Assembly (NCBI GenBank): GCA_034520885.1
Contig: JAXHNE010000001.1
Coordinates: forward strand, 1-43,684
Length of the DNA stretch: 43,684 bases
Origin: Candidatus Saccharimonadota bacterium
Lineage (GTDB): Bacteria; Patescibacteriota; Saccharimonadia; Saccharimonadales; JAXHNE01
Direction of reading: 5' to 3'
Under the pieces are notes generated by a model, which was not told the DNA's origin, ran no database searches, and saw nothing but the letters and a program-made list of their open reading frames with translations. Made by a program: the position numbers and the translations under genes. Below, piece after piece: positions 42,466 to 43,684 of the stretch; the stretch's first letter is position 1, and each line of letters begins with the position of its first letter.

Positions 42466-43115
42466 TGGCGACGACAAATCCACAATCCAAAGAGCGCCCG
42501 GCCGCTGAAGAAAAGCAGTTCGAAGAGCGCGTATTAAATATCGACCGCGTAGCTCGTGTCGTCAAAGGCGGACGGCGTTTCCGTTTCCGTGCCCTCGTAG
42601 TAGTCGGTGATCGCAAAGGAAAAGTCGGCGTGGGTATCGCGAAAGGCGCGGACGTTACTTCGGCTATTAGTAAAGCTACCGATGTTGCCAAGAAAAGCAT
42701 GATAACCGTTGCGTTGGCCAAGAATACCATTCCGCATGAAACGGAGACCAAGCTTAGCGGTGCGCGCATTCGCCTGATGCCCGCCAGCCCGGGTACCGGT
42801 TTGATCGCCGGCGGTGCGGTGCGTACCATTTTGGAAGTTGCCGGTGTAAAAAACGCGCTTTCTAAGTCACTCGGTTCGAGCAACAAGGCGAACATTGCCT
42901 ACGCTACAATCAAAGGCCTGGAGAGTATCCAAAGTGAAGACCAGTGGTTAACCACTAAGGTAGCCGGAAGCTCAAAGCTCAAAGCCGAAAGCAAGACGAC
43001 CGGAAGCTCAAAACCGAAGGCCGAAGGCAAGACGGCTCAAAGCCCAAAGCCGAAGGCTGAGAAGAAAACCACCGCTAAGAAGTCCGAGAAGAAGACGGAG
43101 AAAAAGAATGCGTAG
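42465..43115 (+). CDS. rpsE: 30S ribosomal protein S5 with a repeat-derived C-terminal tail
   Basis: RVARVVKGGRRFRF, PGTGLIAGG, KSLGSSN. Confidence 0.99.
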   Translation: MATTNPQSKERPAAEEKQFEERVLNIDRVARVVKGGRRFRFRALVVVGDRKGKVGVGIAKGADVTSAISKATDVAKKSMITVALAKNTIPHETETKLSGARIRLMPASPGTGLIAGGAVRTILEVAGVKNALSKSLGSSNKANIAYATIKGLESIQSEDQWLTTKVAGSSKLKAESKTTGSSKPKAEGKTAQSPKPKAEKKTTAKKSEKKTEKKNA

Positions 43116-43230
43116 CATTTCAAGTAACAAGCAATACGTAACAAGTAATATGGGAAATGTATTAAACCGAAACCCACATAGCCTTTTACTTTCTACATTT
43201 TACCTTTTGCTGAAACCGGAGGTTTCTTAA
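43108..43230 (+). other. Heptamer spacer / coupled mini-ORF (40 aa) at the usual rpmD position
   Basis: Start overlaps the rpsE end; TAA directly abuts the rplO ATG; AGTAA-type and TAC(T/A/C)TT-type repeats. Confidence 0.7.
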
Positions 43231-43684
43231 ATGAAGTTTCACGAATTACAGACTAAACGACAAAGATCCGCCAAGCGGGCTGGCCGCGGTATTGCCGCGG
43301 GGCGTGGCAAGACCGCCGGACGCGGAACGAAAGGCCAAAACGCTCGAACCGGCGGCGGCACCCGTCCCGGTTTTGAGGGCGGACAAAACCCGCTCGTCAA
43401 ACGATTGCCGAAACTGCCCGGTTTCCGTTCCATTCGTCCAAAGGCCGAGAACGTCTACACCGGCCAACTTGCTGACGTAAAAGGCGTGGTTGACAACTTT
43501 AGCTTGTTTAATGCCGGTATTACGTCCAGCCCGTACGTTCGGGTCAAATTAGTGGTAAAAGGCGACGTTTCCAAAAGCCGTGACGTCAAACTGCAGGCCG
43601 CTAGCGAAAAAGCGGTGGAAATGTTGCAAAAAGCCGGCGGGAGTTTCACGAAAGTCGAACAAGTAAAACGCCAAGCCAAAGAAA
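43231..43684 (+). CDS. rplO: 50S ribosomal protein L15 (truncated by window end)
   Basis: RAGRGIAAGRGKTAGRGTKGQ, GFEGGQNPL. Confidence 0.97.
   Translation, partial: MKFHELQTKRQRSAKRAGRGIAAGRGKTAGRGTKGQNARTGGGTRPGFEGGQNPLVKRLPKLPGFRSIRPKAENVYTGQLADVKGVVDNFSLFNAGITSSPYVRVKLVVKGDVSKSRDVKLQAASEKAVEMLQKAGGSFTKVEQVKRQAKE

Overview
This looks like a Patescibacteria/CPR chromosome segment, most likely Saccharibacteria (inferred: no rpmD between rpsE and rplO, TGA used as stop, lineage-like RpoC and EF-G variants). The left ~15 kb holds hisS, tig and clpP (clpP with a perfect CIRCE operator), an IS30, an IS481 and orphan ORF clusters. From 15.2 kb the window carries rpoB-rpoC, the str operon, rpsJ and the S10/spc ribosomal protein operons up to a truncated rplO. 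Indels break essential genes in 1-17 kb and 33.6-35.8 kb; these are most likely sequencing errors, not pseudogenes. Main unexplained signal: at least 14 junctions in the RNAP/ribosomal superoperon hold ~80-170 nt elements built from 7-nt-period repeats, usually as complementary hairpin arms, and most end in a (C)GACnnAAAGGAG-type Shine-Dalgarno (SD) block. Eleven are intact 25-54 codon mini-ORFs that start at the upstream stop and end at the downstream start. Related heptamers sit in-frame in the termini of L22, L5 and S5. Second signal: orphan cargo beside conserved genes is bounded by displaced copies of those genes' ends (rpsJ twice with only synonymous changes, clpP, the fusA 5' end, and a small ORF at 513-665). 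EF-G has a non-canonical G4 motif (NKIN), and RpoC lacks most ligands of both Zn sites.
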